DNA of 64,000 nt from Parachlamydiales bacterium (GTDB lineage Bacteria; Chlamydiota; Chlamydiia; Chlamydiales; SM23-39), in assembly GCA_050302075.1 (NCBI GenBank), contig JBNLAH010000003.1, positions 96,001 through 160,000 on the forward strand, given 5' to 3'. Positions 49,796 through 63,037 of this stretch are shown piece after piece (positions within the stretch are counted from its first letter, which is position 1; each line of letters starts with the position of its first letter). The notes below the pieces were generated by a model. The model saw only the letters and a program-made list of their open reading frames with translations. It had not been told where the DNA came from and ran no database searches. Made by a program: the position numbers and the translations under genes.

Positions 49796-50829
49796 CAAAC
49801 TAAACAAGTTTTAGAATTTGAAAATAGCTTCAAATCTTGACCCATCATGATCTTAACTAGCTCTTCCATCGAAGTCTGCGCTTTCCATCCAAGTAAATCA
49901 TAAGCCTTACTAGCATCACCAATAAGATAATCAACTTCAGTTGGCCTGAAAAATTCCGAAGAAACAACTACTAGTTCCTTACCTGTCTTGCTATCAATTC
50001 CTTTTTCATCAAGTCCTTTGCCTTCCCAAAATATTTCGATTCCAACTTCTTTAAAGGCAAGCTCTACAAACTTTCTAACTGTATGAGTCTTTCCTGTGGC
50101 CAAAACAAAATCTTCTGGTTTGTCATGCTGCAAAATCCTCCACATGCCTTCAACAAAGTCTTTGGCATATCCCCAGTCCCTTTTAGCATCTAAGTTACCA
50201 AGCTCCAATTTACTTTGTAGACCATTCGCTATTTTAGCAGCAGAAAGGGTGATTTTTCTCGTTACAAAATTTTCGCCTCTACGCGGGCTTTCATGATTAA
50301 ACAAAATTCCGTTACATGCAAAAAGACCATATGCCTCCCGGTAATTTTTTACTGACCAAAAAGCATACAACTTACTGACAGCATAGGGTGATCTCGGATA
50401 AAATGGGGTTGTCTCTTTTTGAACTTTTTCTTGAACTTTGCCATAAAGCTCTGATGTCGATGCCTGATAAAACTTGATATTCTTATTGCAAGACATAATA
50501 GCTTCTAACAAACGAATAATAGCAATTCCATTTACATCACCACAATATTCCGGCATCTGAAACGAAGATTTTACATGACTCATGGCTGCTAAGTTATAAA
50601 TCTCATCTGGGACAACTTCATGTACCACTTTTTTTATACTAGAAAAATCAGATAGATCACCTTCATGTAAAATTAATTTATTATTTTCTAAAAGGTGCTG
50701 AATCCTACTAAAATTCAATGTTGAAGTTCTTCTAATAAATCCATGAACTTCATAGTTTTTCTCTAATAGCAAATCAGCTAAATATGATCCGTCTTGACCT
50801 GTTATCCCTGTAATTAACGCTTTTTTCAT
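49795..50829 (-). CDS. gmd: GDP-mannose 4,6-dehydratase
   Basis: [44 protein letters not shown]. Confidence 0.97.
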   Translation of the reverse strand: MKKALITGITGQDGSYLADLLLEKNYEVHGFIRRTSTLNFSRIQHLLENNKLILHEGDLSDFSSIKKVVHEVVPDEIYNLAAMSHVKSSFQMPEYCGDVNGIAIIRLLEAIMSCNKNIKFYQASTSELYGKVQEKVQKETTPFYPRSPYAVSKLYAFWSVKNYREAYGLFACNGILFNHESPRRGENFVTRKITLSAAKIANGLQSKLELGNLDAKRDWGYAKDFVEGMWRILQHDKPEDFVLATGKTHTVRKFVELAFKEVGIEIFWEGKGLDEKGIDSKTGKELVVVSSEFFRPTEVDYLIGDASKAYDLLGWKAQTSMEELVKIMMGQDLKLFSNSKTCLV

Positions 50830-50850
50830 GTTTTTTTCTTTGTTTTTGTG

Positions 50851-50883
50851 AGAAAAGAACTCCCGGTAAGATACCGGGAGGTT
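50851..50883 (-). terminator. Intrinsic terminator after the small acidic protein
   Basis: CTCCCGGTA/TACCGGGAG stem (50860-50880) followed by TTCTTTTCT on the minus strand. Confidence 0.8.
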
Positions 50884-50894
50884 GGAGGAGACAT

Positions 50895-51095
50895 TTATTC
50901 TTTGTCTTGATCTGCTCCGCAGTCACTGCATTCTTGATCTGTGTTATCTGCTACTTCAACTTCTGCTGCTGCAGGCTCAGCGTCGTTTGCAGAAACTTCT
51001 ACTTCAGAGTTGTCTGCAATCTCGTCATTTGCATAAACATTAAAGGCAGTTAAGAAAGATAAACCGAACAAGAAATACATTGCTTTTTTTAACAT
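50895..51095 (-). CDS. Small acidic exported protein
   Basis: RBS GAGGT, signal peptide ending VYA, repeated EVEV.. units, CxxC near the C-terminus, own terminator. Confidence 0.8.
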   Translation of the reverse strand: MLKKAMYFLFGLSFLTAFNVYANDEIADNSEVEVSANDAEPAAAEVEVADNTDQECSDCGADQDKE

Positions 51096-51175
51096 CTAAA
51101 ACCTCATTTTAAAAAAATTTATTAAAGTCGCAGCCTCACTTTAAAACTTGATGTGGCATGAAGTCAATACTTTTT

Positions 51176-51841
51176 CTAGCAATAATTTTTAATGGTTCTT
51201 AGCAGCTTTCTGAAATCCTTTTGATCTAACTTTCCAGTGTTAGTGTTTTGAGGGCTAGGATGATAAGAACAAAATAATGTCGGCATATTTTCAAACTCAT
51301 AATGCTTACCATGAATAAATTTTACGCCTTTTACATTAATATTTTTTTCTCTTAAAAATCTTAAATATGCTCCGTGTGCCAACTTGCCTAAAACCAGAAC
51401 TCTGTTAACATTTTTCAAAATAGAAAATTCAGAAACAAGATATGGAAAGCAGTTTGTTTCTTCATTTTTATTTGGCATATTTTTAGGGGGAACGCATTTT
51501 ACCGCAGCACTCATATAAATGTTATATAGCTTAAGTCCATCATCTAAATAGTCAGAGTTTGGCTGGTTGCACATCTCTTCTAAATAAAGTGATCCCATTA
51601 AGAAATCACCAGACAAATCACCTGTAAAAATCCGGCCAGTCCTATTACCACCATGAGCTGATGGTGCTAGACCAATTAAAAATATCTCAGCATCCGGATT
51701 TCCATATCCTGGAACCGGCTTCTTCCAATACTGTTCTTGGCTATAGGCTTTCTTAGGCTCAATGTTTTCTCGGAAATCTACCAGCCTAGGACATTTCCGA
51801 CATTTGCAAACAATATCATTTAATGTTTTTAAATTTTTCAA
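51176..51841 (-). CDS. Uracil-DNA glycosylase family 5 (UdgB-like, Fe-S)
   Basis: C..CPRL, GLAP.AHG.NRTGR.FTGD, KC.PP.N.P, YHPSPQNTNTG. Confidence 0.9.
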   Translation of the reverse strand: MKNLKTLNDIVCKCRKCPRLVDFRENIEPKKAYSQEQYWKKPVPGYGNPDAEIFLIGLAPSAHGGNRTGRIFTGDLSGDFLMGSLYLEEMCNQPNSDYLDDGLKLYNIYMSAAVKCVPPKNMPNKNEETNCFPYLVSEFSILKNVNRVLVLGKLAHGAYLRFLREKNINVKGVKFIHGKHYEFENMPTLFCSYHPSPQNTNTGKLDQKDFRKLLRTIKNYC

Positions 51842-53019
51842 TTCTCAAATGCCTTTTTAGCTATAGTCCTGCCAATCGAAAATGCAGCTGTTGCTGCTGG
51901 CGACGGAGCATTTACAACATGCAAAACATTATCGTCTTTTTCGAAAATAAAATCATCTGGAAGAGTCCCATCATTTAAAACTACCTGAGCTCTAATACCA
52001 CTTGAAGCTTTTTTCAAATCTGCTTTTTGAATTATCGGAACCAATTTCTGAAGGTCTTTTAAAAATACGTGCTTAAAATGTGATCGATAAAGCTCATATA
52101 AGCCAACCTTCCAATATCTTTTAGCCATTTTCCAAAAACCCGGATGTGTAAGCGTATCTTTTAGGTCTTTGAATGAAACATCTTTTTTATTATAGCCTTC
52201 TCTAGCGTATGCTAAAACCGCATTCGGCCCAGCTTCTAACCTTCCATCAATCATCTTTGTTAAGTGAACCCCTAAAAAAGGAAATCTGGGATCTTTGACA
52301 GGATAGACCAAACCATTTATCAATTCCTGTTTGTTTGCCACTTCAAAATATTCACCTCTAAAAGGAACTATCCGAAATCCCTTCTTTTTAGATTTTATCA
52401 ATCTATCTGAAAACAAACCCGCACAATTAATAACTTTATCAGCTTTAAGAGACCCATTTTCAGTTTCAACTAGTACTCCTTTTTTAGATGAACTAATCTT
52501 GACTACCTTTTGGTTGTAAGTTATTTCAGATTGGCCGCTATCTAGTATTTCGGCTATTTTTTCTGCGACATCCTTAAAACTTATAACCATAACATCTGGT
52601 AACCAAATTGCCTTAACACCAATAACATTTGGCTCAATTTCCTTTAATCTAGCAGAGTCAATTAGTTCAATTTTACCAATTTTATTTTCTTTTCCTCTTC
52701 TAAATAGCTCTTCGAGCAAAGTAACCTGAGCTGATCTACTTGCCACAATTACTTTACCAAGCCTCTTGGTTGCAATTTTATGCTCATGAGCAAAATCCAC
52801 TAATTCTTCTCTCCCTTGAATACAATTGATAGCTTTTAAACTATTTGGCTTATAGTAGATTCCAGAATGTATAACCCCACTATTGCGAGAAGTTTGATGT
52901 AAAGCGGCTTTACATTCCTTTTCCAAAATCCTAATTCTATAGTCTGGATTGAGATTGAGTAATTGATATGCAGTAGCAAGGCCGACTATTCCAGCCCCAA
53001 CAATGATTATATCAGTCAT
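51838..53019 (-). CDS. lhgO: L-2-hydroxyglutarate oxidase-like FAD oxidoreductase
   Basis: GAGIVGLA, HQTSRNSGVIHSGIYY.P.SLKA, PFRGEY, PFLGVH, NAPSPAAT. Confidence 0.88.
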   Translation of the reverse strand: MTDIIIVGAGIVGLATAYQLLNLNPDYRIRILEKECKAALHQTSRNSGVIHSGIYYKPNSLKAINCIQGREELVDFAHEHKIATKRLGKVIVASRSAQVTLLEELFRRGKENKIGKIELIDSARLKEIEPNVIGVKAIWLPDVMVISFKDVAEKIAEILDSGQSEITYNQKVVKISSSKKGVLVETENGSLKADKVINCAGLFSDRLIKSKKKGFRIVPFRGEYFEVANKQELINGLVYPVKDPRFPFLGVHLTKMIDGRLEAGPNAVLAYAREGYNKKDVSFKDLKDTLTHPGFWKMAKRYWKVGLYELYRSHFKHVFLKDLQKLVPIIQKADLKKASSGIRAQVVLNDGTLPDDFIFEKDDNVLHVVNAPSPAATAAFSIGRTIAKKAFEN

Positions 53020-53939
53020 TTCCTTAACAATATCTCTTGATTTTCTAAAAACCAGTTAACTGTCTCTTTTAGACCAGTTATCAAAGGTTTCAACTCATAG
53101 CTTTTTAAAAGATCTTTTATTCTACCAATTGATAAAACTTTAGACTTGGCACCAACATATTTGGTCTCATCAAAAATGATCTTATTAAAGTCATAGCCAA
53201 CAACGTCGCAAATTACTGATGCAAATTCTCTTATCGAATGCTCTTTTCCAGAGCCCAAATTCACTTCAATATTGCTGGCTTTTTTGCTAAGTTCAATAAG
53301 GTTATGAACGAAATCTTCAACATGGATCAATTCTCTTTTTTGATATCCATCACCCCACAAAACTACTGGCTCTTTATATAAATGACCTCTCAGGATTTTT
53401 CGGATCAAGTCAAAAATAAAATGCATCTGCCTTCCATCTAAATGATAAGAGGGGCCATAGAGGGTAGATGGAATCACATAAAGATAGTTCAGTTTATATT
53501 GCTTATTTATTGCTTTAAGACCTGCTAAAAGCATCCTTTTCGTCATCGCATAAGTATATAATGAACTAATTGGAGTACCTTGCATGTAGTTATCTTCTGT
53601 AAGCGGAAAGCTTGGATCATATGAGCAACTAGTTCCCATGCACATACACTTTGCTTGCGGTTGCTTTTCTCTCCAATAAGATAAGACATTAGTGTTGATC
53701 TTCTGATTAATAATCCATTGATCTGCCGGATGCCAAAGACAAAAATCTCCGGCTTGGGTCCATGCTGCTAAATGATATATTTGGTCAAACAAAAGACCAT
53801 TAAAGATGTCTAATGAAGATGCAACAGTCAAATCAGCATCTTTAGATGAAATTCCAATAACTGAATGACCCTCATCTTTTAAAGCTTTTCCTAAAAATTT
53901 ACCTAAAAACCCGCTAGCACCCGTAATAAGTATCTTCAT
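53016..53939 (-). CDS. GDP-L-fucose synthase (Fcl)-like epimerase/reductase
   Basis: TGASGFLG, GTSCSY, YAMTK (YxxxK), H..FDLIRK, WGDG..KRE.IHV.D. Confidence 0.75.
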   Translation of the reverse strand: MKILITGASGFLGKFLGKALKDEGHSVIGISSKDADLTVASSLDIFNGLLFDQIYHLAAWTQAGDFCLWHPADQWIINQKINTNVLSYWREKQPQAKCMCMGTSCSYDPSFPLTEDNYMQGTPISSLYTYAMTKRMLLAGLKAINKQYKLNYLYVIPSTLYGPSYHLDGRQMHFIFDLIRKILRGHLYKEPVVLWGDGYQKRELIHVEDFVHNLIELSKKASNIEVNLGSGKEHSIREFASVICDVVGYDFNKIIFDETKYVGAKSKVLSIGRIKDLLKSYELKPLITGLKETVNWFLENQEILLRK

Positions 53940-55141
53940 AAAAGAGCCCTCGGATTAATTGGAAAGTAAAATTCAACACCCTTATCAATCAATTGAGCAT
54001 TGTTCTTCAAAATCTCTTCTTTGAAGTTCCAAGCTAACACAAAATAAACATCAGGTAGCTCTGTCAGTTCCTTTTCAATTAAAATGGGTAAATGCATCCC
54101 CGGAGAAAAAAGATCCCTTCTAAGTTCATTTTTCTCGACTAAGCACTCGATATAATTTTTGTTAATATTCAAATAATTTAAAAGTGTATTTCCCTTTACA
54201 GGAGCGCCCATTCCAAATACTTTTTTGTTTTCTTTCCTGCATCGCTCAAGAAAATCTAAGTTTCTCTGTTTAACTATTTCCACGTTTTTAGCAAACTCAT
54301 AATAGGTCTCAAGTTCATTTGCGCGAGAATTTCTTTCTTCTTTCATAAGCTGATTCAAATTATCGCTTTTTTGCCTTCTACCAATATGAGATACATATGC
54401 AATTATTGAGCCTCCATGAATAGGCGATAGTTTTGCATCAAAGACTTCCATACCATGAATGTTAAGGAGATAGTTAAGGGTTTCTATGTTATAGTATAAA
54501 AGATGTTCATGATATATTTGGTCAAAGGCAACATTGTCCATAATCTTTCGCATATAAAGAAACTGAACTACAAATACTCCATCAGATTTTAAATATTTTT
54601 TAATTGCAGCAGTTACAGAATGCAACTCCTCCAAATGGAAAAAAACTCCTGAAGCATTTATCACATCAAAACTTTGATTAATTTTTTTTGCTGTATCAAG
54701 ATTATAAAAAGCATTAAGGGTATTAACGTTATTTTCATTTGCAATTTTAGCAATATTTGAGGATGGCTCGACGCCTAGAACTTCATATCCTAGTTTCTGA
54801 TAACACTTCAACTGAGTTCCATCATTTGAACCAATATCGAGAACATTTTTCACAGATTTGTCTGAGAAAAACTTTTGATCTACTTCTTGAGCTGTCTTAT
54901 AAAAATGATCATATAATGATTTAGTGATACCGGATAGGTAGGTATGCTTGCTATAAACTACTTCTTTTTTAATTGTATAGTCTAGCTGAGCTGTTTTGCA
55001 CCTCAAACAAACAATAACCCTTAAGGGGTAAAAAGACTCTTTCCCAACTTCTTCCTTAGTTAAAAAATTTAAGGCCAATGGCTGGTCTTTTAAATCTACA
55101 ACAAGCTCAAAATCTGAACCGTCACACACTCTACATTTCAT
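53936..55141 (-). CDS. NDP-sugar C-methyltransferase (zinc-binding, C3-methyltransferase type)
   Basis: CRVC...C..C zinc site, LDIGSNDG, GVEPS, FDQIYHEH, HGGS, GAP.KGNTLLNY, LAWNF. Confidence 0.88.
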   Translation of the reverse strand: MKCRVCDGSDFELVVDLKDQPLALNFLTKEEVGKESFYPLRVIVCLRCKTAQLDYTIKKEVVYSKHTYLSGITKSLYDHFYKTAQEVDQKFFSDKSVKNVLDIGSNDGTQLKCYQKLGYEVLGVEPSSNIAKIANENNVNTLNAFYNLDTAKKINQSFDVINASGVFFHLEELHSVTAAIKKYLKSDGVFVVQFLYMRKIMDNVAFDQIYHEHLLYYNIETLNYLLNIHGMEVFDAKLSPIHGGSIIAYVSHIGRRQKSDNLNQLMKEERNSRANELETYYEFAKNVEIVKQRNLDFLERCRKENKKVFGMGAPVKGNTLLNYLNINKNYIECLVEKNELRRDLFSPGMHLPILIEKELTELPDVYFVLAWNFKEEILKNNAQLIDKGVEFYFPINPRALL

Positions 55142-55250
55142 GATCTACCCCATACTTTTTTTGTGAGTGCATTCTACAAAAAAAATTTTAAAAAGTGTTT
55201 TTTCTTTTTTAAAAAAAATTATAGTCTAGGTCAAAAAATTGCGTTGACTA

Positions 55251-56258
55251 ATGATAATAATCTCCAGAACTCCTGTAAGAATCAGTTTTTTTGGTGGCGG
55301 AACCGACTATCCAGATTACTTTTCTCGAAAAAAAGGTGCCGTGCTTGGTACTGCCATAAAAAAGTTCATTTATATTAGTGTCAACCAAATGCTCCAAATG
55401 GGAAGCTTTTTCGATCATAAAATTAGAGTGGGCTATTCGAAAACAGAGCTAGTACAAGAAGCATCAGAAATTGCTCACCCAAGCGTAAGAGAGTGTCTAA
55501 AACATCATAATTTCAATTCAAACTTGGATATTCATATATTTTCTGACCTGCCTGCAAAAACCGGGTTAGGTTCATCTTCTTCTTTTACAGTAGGTTTTTT
55601 AAATGCCTTATATGCAGTAAGAGGAAAGAGAGCATCCAAGCAAAAGCTTGCAGAAGAAGCATGCTTTATCGAACAAAAAAAAATAAAAGAACACGTAGGA
55701 TCACAAGATCAGTTTCATGCCGCATACGGAGGGCTGAATATAATCGAGTTTACTCAAGATGAGATAAAAGCCAGACCAGTTTTAATCTCTAAAGAAAAAA
55801 AAGAGATTTTTCAAAATAGTATAATGGTCTTTTATACAGGGCTAACCAGGTTTGCAAGCGAAATTGCAAAAGAACAAATAGATAAAACTAAAACACTCTC
55901 CAATGATGTTTATTTAGCAAAAATGTATGACATGGTCTTTGAGGCTGAAAAGATATTTGCAACGTGTAAAGCAGAAGAATTAATCCAGCAAATAGGTTCT
56001 CTTTTACATGCTAGCTGGCTCTTGAAAAAAAAACTCTCGCAAAAAATTACAACTTCATTAATTGACAAATACTATGAAATTGCAATTGGAGCAGGTGCCA
56101 TCGGGGGAAAACTTTGCGGAGCAGGTAGTGGTGGTTTTCTTGCTTTGGTAGTTCCTCCAGAATGCCAACCTAAAGTAAGAAATGCCTTAAAAGATTTACT
56201 AGAAGTCCCTTTTCAAATTGAATCAGACGGTAGCACAATTATTTACATGAAAGATTAA
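55251..56258 (+). CDS. hddA: GHMP sugar kinase, D-glycero-alpha-D-manno-heptose-7-phosphate kinase-like
   Basis: RTP.RISFFGGGTDY, DLPA.TGLGSSS, GSQDQ, GGKLCGAG.GGF. Confidence 0.8.
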   Translation: MIIISRTPVRISFFGGGTDYPDYFSRKKGAVLGTAIKKFIYISVNQMLQMGSFFDHKIRVGYSKTELVQEASEIAHPSVRECLKHHNFNSNLDIHIFSDLPAKTGLGSSSSFTVGFLNALYAVRGKRASKQKLAEEACFIEQKKIKEHVGSQDQFHAAYGGLNIIEFTQDEIKARPVLISKEKKEIFQNSIMVFYTGLTRFASEIAKEQIDKTKTLSNDVYLAKMYDMVFEAEKIFATCKAEELIQQIGSLLHASWLLKKKLSQKITTSLIDKYYEIAIGAGAIGGKLCGAGSGGFLALVVPPECQPKVRNALKDLLEVPFQIESDGSTIIYMKD

Positions 56259-56260
56259 TT

Positions 56261-58985
<2,725 letters not shown>

Positions 58986-58986
58986 C

Positions 58987-59856
58987 TTATCTCACTCTCT
59001 TTGTAAGTTTGAATCTTGTGGCATTTTTTAAAACTTGTGATAAGAAGCCCCATCTTTTTGGATGAGAAAGCAAATATTTAAAAAGAGATCTTCCTTGTTG
59101 GTACAAAACACCTGATTTTTTGAAGAAATCTTGAAACTCTTCAGGCTGCTTTTTCAACAAGTCGAACAAACTATCGTAAGCAGATTCTTCATTTTTTCTA
59201 GAATTGCTATAAGAGCCCGATGTAACCCTAAATCCTGCCAAAGGCATAGGAAGGTAGGCAACTGGATATTTAGAGGCAATTTGGTAGTTTAAAAACCAAT
59301 CTGACATCCATTTTAATCCTCCATTCAATATCCCAAACTCTTTTAGATGCTTTTTTCGATAAAGACTTGTATTAGTCGGAATCCAAAATAAATGTTTTTT
59401 TATAAAATAAATCAATTCATTTGGATAAATAATTCTTTGCTTTTGCTCTTTTAATAGAGGCTTCACTTGGAGATTGTCAACATCTTCATCAAATGTACAA
59501 AAGTCAGATGTGCAAATAGCCACATTTGGATTATTTTCTAAAGATTCAATCATAATTTCTAAAAAATTTGGCCTAATGTAATCATCTGCAGAACAAAAAG
59601 CTAAATAATCTCCGCATGCCATTTCTATTCCGCGATTAACCGACTGAATCGGTCCTAAGTTTTTTTCATTTTTGAGAACTTTAAGATTACTATGAATGTT
59701 TGAATAATTTGATAACACTTCATGGCTGTTATCATCCGAAGCATCGTCAATTACAATTATCTCACTTGGGGACAGGCTCTGAGAAAAAATAGCAGGTAGC
59801 GAGGTTTGCAAATAGTTAGCATGGTTGTAGCTTGGCAAAATAATTGATACTGTCAA
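58987..59856 (-). CDS. Glycosyltransferase family 2
   Basis: SIILPSYN, IDDAS.D, N.G....N.G, ADD motifs. Confidence 0.9.
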   Translation of the reverse strand: MTVSIILPSYNHANYLQTSLPAIFSQSLSPSEIIVIDDASDDNSHEVLSNYSNIHSNLKVLKNEKNLGPIQSVNRGIEMACGDYLAFCSADDYIRPNFLEIMIESLENNPNVAICTSDFCTFDEDVDNLQVKPLLKEQKQRIIYPNELIYFIKKHLFWIPTNTSLYRKKHLKEFGILNGGLKWMSDWFLNYQIASKYPVAYLPMPLAGFRVTSGSYSNSRKNEESAYDSLFDLLKKQPEEFQDFFKKSGVLYQQGRSLFKYLLSHPKRWGFLSQVLKNATRFKLTKRVR

Positions 59857-59860
59857 AATT

Positions 59861-60706
59861 TTAGACTTTCATTACTTTTTTAGGTTTTCTCTGAAAAATA
59901 AATTTAGGAAGAATCCTTTTAAGTTTTTTCTTAAGAGGATCAGGTAAGTGCTTAGAAATTCTTTGCTTAAAAGAGCTCTTTTTCTGCTCTTTTTTATTCC
60001 AAGTATTTTGGTAGTAAAACTGTTGAGGAGTCTTTATTAAATTATAATGCACCTTTTTTTGAGCCACAAAGAAAATACCCAGCAATCTTTTGCCAAACCC
60101 TCCAAAAGATAAAGACTGCAATGACCCTGATCCATATTCGTAAACATCCCAAAGTCTTTTTGGACTGCTAAAAGAATACTCAAAAATGTAGGGAGTCTTA
60201 ATATCAAAATCATTTGCCTTATAGAAATCCATAAAGACAGTGGGAGAAAACATATAAAACCCATGATCCACATGATTATGAGATGGTGATAAATGAATAA
60301 TTGATCCACCAGATTTTAGCATCAAACTAATATTTTCTAACACTCTAGGAAAATTGAAGATATGCTCAGAAGTGCCTCCATCAAAAATATAATCGTATTT
60401 TTGATGATATTCTTCTGGAATAGGTAAATTCATGTCCCAAATAATATCTGCATTTTCATAATCTGAATAATCAATGCTGTGAACTTCATCAAATCCAAGT
60501 AACTTAAAAAACTCAACATCACTAACTTGTTTCTTATCAGAAATATTTGGCGCTTTTATGAGAACTTTTTCTTTTTCGGCATACTTGTAAATCTCTTTCC
60601 AGGATAGAAAAATATCTTGCTTTCCGAGCTGTAGTATACTTCCAGAGAATTTTTTCTTTTTGCTCTCTTTTAGCAGTAAACGATACGTGCCTCTAGCTAT
60701 ACCCAA
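59861..60706 (-). CDS. Class I SAM-dependent methyltransferase-like protein
   Basis: SID....ENAD..WDMN, YDYIFDGGTSEHIFN, LKSGG, DHGFY.FSP; TTG start uncertain. Confidence 0.7.
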   Translation of the reverse strand: MGIARGTYRLLLKESKKKKFSGSILQLGKQDIFLSWKEIYKYAEKEKVLIKAPNISDKKQVSDVEFFKLLGFDEVHSIDYSDYENADIIWDMNLPIPEEYHQKYDYIFDGGTSEHIFNFPRVLENISLMLKSGGSIIHLSPSHNHVDHGFYMFSPTVFMDFYKANDFDIKTPYIFEYSFSSPKRLWDVYEYGSGSLQSLSFGGFGKRLLGIFFVAQKKVHYNLIKTPQQFYYQNTWNKKEQKKSSFKQRISKHLPDPLKKKLKRILPKFIFQRKPKKVMKV

Positions 60707-60735
60707 AGATTTGCCTATTATAAAAATATTTAATA

Positions 60736-62043
60736 CTAAACATTGTCTTTATTGAAGAATAGCTTATTTTTTTTGATGGCTGACTGAATAATATCATCGA
60801 TCTTTTCAGCCCTATGAGTAGCTGTATGAGACTTCAATGTTCTTTGTTGACCTTTTTCTGCTATCGCTTTTAAAAGTGATTCATTTTTTAATAAGTAATT
60901 AACTTTCTCGATGCACTCAGCTGTTGATGAATACGTTACAACTTCTGAGTCCTCCTCAAACAATTGATTTAAATTTTCACTTTTTTCTGTAATCAAGCAA
61001 CTTCCAACTCCCGTTGCTTGAAACATCCGAATATTATCTGAAAAGTTTCCAGCAGCTAAGCTATGTCTATTTAATGTAATCTTTGAGCTAGCCATTGTTT
61101 GATACATTTCCAAACCAAAAACCGGTTTAAAGCATCGGTCTTTGTATTTCTTACTAAGAGGCTTCAATGGATAGAAAATATCTATCCCTTTTAAACATTC
61201 TTTTTCTTTTTTTATTTCTTCTACTAAGTTTGCAAACTGTCTTGGTATTTGAAAACTTTCAAAATATTTAAAAATTTTATCGTTTTTACAGAGTAGTCTT
61301 TTAAGAAAATTGCGAAAATCTTGCTTTGCTTTACTGCTTAATTTATGCCCAACTTCATCAACCCAAAGCTTAATCTCTGTTCTTTTCAAAAGCTCCGTCA
61401 GCATGATGTATCTTGGCAAATGAGCACTGCCATATCCATAACCTGAAGTCCCAATGAAAGTTAACTCATGAAACTTCTGATTTTCTGAAAGCTTTTGTAA
61501 AATTCTTTCATCAAAAAAATGATAAACCAAATGTGGTTTAATACTATAACCTTCCAATTTAGCTTTCAAAACAGGTGAGCCGACTAAAACAATGTCTGCA
61601 ACTGATATCTTTTTAAGGCTTTCATCGTCAAGTCCAGGATATCCACGGAAAACAACTATCTTTTTCACAAAAGAAAAATGCTTTTTTATATTGCAAAAAT
61701 CATCGAATGCTAAAGCATGGACATCCTGAAAATATAAAATATCTGGCTTACTTTTTCTTATTTGAGCAAATAATACATCTCTTCTCCAAGTGTCCTTTGA
61801 GAATTTAATACTATTTTCCTCAGCCCATTTTTTTTGCAGCAATTTATAATCATATATAATTTCATCAGCTTCTTGCCCAATGTTGTTCATGCCATAAGAA
61901 AAACTATCCGAATAGACATGGAAATTGCTAAAGATCTCTTTTTTTAACTCTTCATAAGAACTGCCTAATAGTGTTTTATCTAAATGCCTCATTAATGAGA
62001 CATAGTGAAGGCCTACCACTCTTAATATTTTATAAGATTTCAT
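60736..62043 (-). CDS. CgeB-like glycosyltransferase (Glyco_trans_1_2)
   Basis: FG.EMY, SKITLN.H, N.RMF.ATG.G..LIT, IA..GQ.RTL..HT...RA. Confidence 0.8.
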   Translation of the reverse strand: MKSYKILRVVGLHYVSLMRHLDKTLLGSSYEELKKEIFSNFHVYSDSFSYGMNNIGQEADEIIYDYKLLQKKWAEENSIKFSKDTWRRDVLFAQIRKSKPDILYFQDVHALAFDDFCNIKKHFSFVKKIVVFRGYPGLDDESLKKISVADIVLVGSPVLKAKLEGYSIKPHLVYHFFDERILQKLSENQKFHELTFIGTSGYGYGSAHLPRYIMLTELLKRTEIKLWVDEVGHKLSSKAKQDFRNFLKRLLCKNDKIFKYFESFQIPRQFANLVEEIKKEKECLKGIDIFYPLKPLSKKYKDRCFKPVFGLEMYQTMASSKITLNRHSLAAGNFSDNIRMFQATGVGSCLITEKSENLNQLFEEDSEVVTYSSTAECIEKVNYLLKNESLLKAIAEKGQQRTLKSHTATHRAEKIDDIIQSAIKKNKLFFNKDNV

Positions 62044-62078
62044 TATTATTGATAATAAACCTGCTTAACATACCAACA

Positions 62079-63017
62079 TTATAACTTTGTTATTGGTACA
62101 TTATCTGGTCCTTTTAAACCAGATCTTTTAGCTGCAATCAATCCATCACATGAGCAGCTTTGAGCTGGAGTATGTTCAGCTATTATATGAAAACCATGAT
62201 CCTTTAAGAATTTTAAACATTTTCTATGAAGAAGGTCAGTGTGTGTCGAAATGAAGAAAAAATCGATTTTTGACTCTGAAATCGATTTTTTGCAGGTCTG
62301 AAGCATATCAAATTCTGCACTCTGTATATCGGCATGCAAGATATGAACATGATTAATATTGTTTGATGCTAAAAACTGGTCAATATGAATCCGAGGAATA
62401 TTAACTTCATGTTTAATATCAGAGTCATATTTATTACCAATATAACCATGGACAAAAGTTCCTTCTTTATTATTCAATTCAAAGTTCCTCATACCAGTCA
62501 ATAGATACTCATACTTAGGCTCAATCATGTAATTTTTTGCATTTTTAACGCTGTTAGCAAACCATAGCGAGTAATATGCCCAATAACTACCAAGTTCAAT
62601 CATTGTGCTTCCAGGGGAAATATATTTAAGTACCTCATAAAATACTTTTTCTTCTTGCGGTTCATGATGCCCTCGCAGTGCATAAATTATATCCGTCATC
62701 CAGTTGGTCGCCGAACAATAGTAACAATCCTTATAAATTTTAATTCCGTTATGCATGACTTGGTATTCTCCATTTTCATCGGAAATAATTTCTCCTGCAT
62801 TAACAACCTTTGGGATGTAATCAGCATCAGGACATTCTATGGTTGATATAACCCTGGGATATTGGTAATAAGCATTTGTAATTTTAAATGAATCCTGACT
62901 TATAGATTTAATAAACCTTTCTTTATGAGATTTAATATCTTCGTTAATTGGATCCGAATAAATATAATTTACACACAATAAATTAATGATAAAAAATATA
63001 CTTTTAAATGTTTTCAT
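62079..63017 (-). CDS. FkbM-like methyltransferase with N-terminal signal/anchor
   Basis: HEPQEE, MIELGSYWAYYS, LHADIQ.AE, FISTH. Confidence 0.75.
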   Translation of the reverse strand: MKTFKSIFFIINLLCVNYIYSDPINEDIKSHKERFIKSISQDSFKITNAYYQYPRVISTIECPDADYIPKVVNAGEIISDENGEYQVMHNGIKIYKDCYYCSATNWMTDIIYALRGHHEPQEEKVFYEVLKYISPGSTMIELGSYWAYYSLWFANSVKNAKNYMIEPKYEYLLTGMRNFELNNKEGTFVHGYIGNKYDSDIKHEVNIPRIHIDQFLASNNINHVHILHADIQSAEFDMLQTCKKSISESKIDFFFISTHTDLLHRKCLKFLKDHGFHIIAEHTPAQSCSCDGLIAAKRSGLKGPDNVPITKL

Positions 63018-63037
63018 AAGAATAAACCTGTGCTTGA

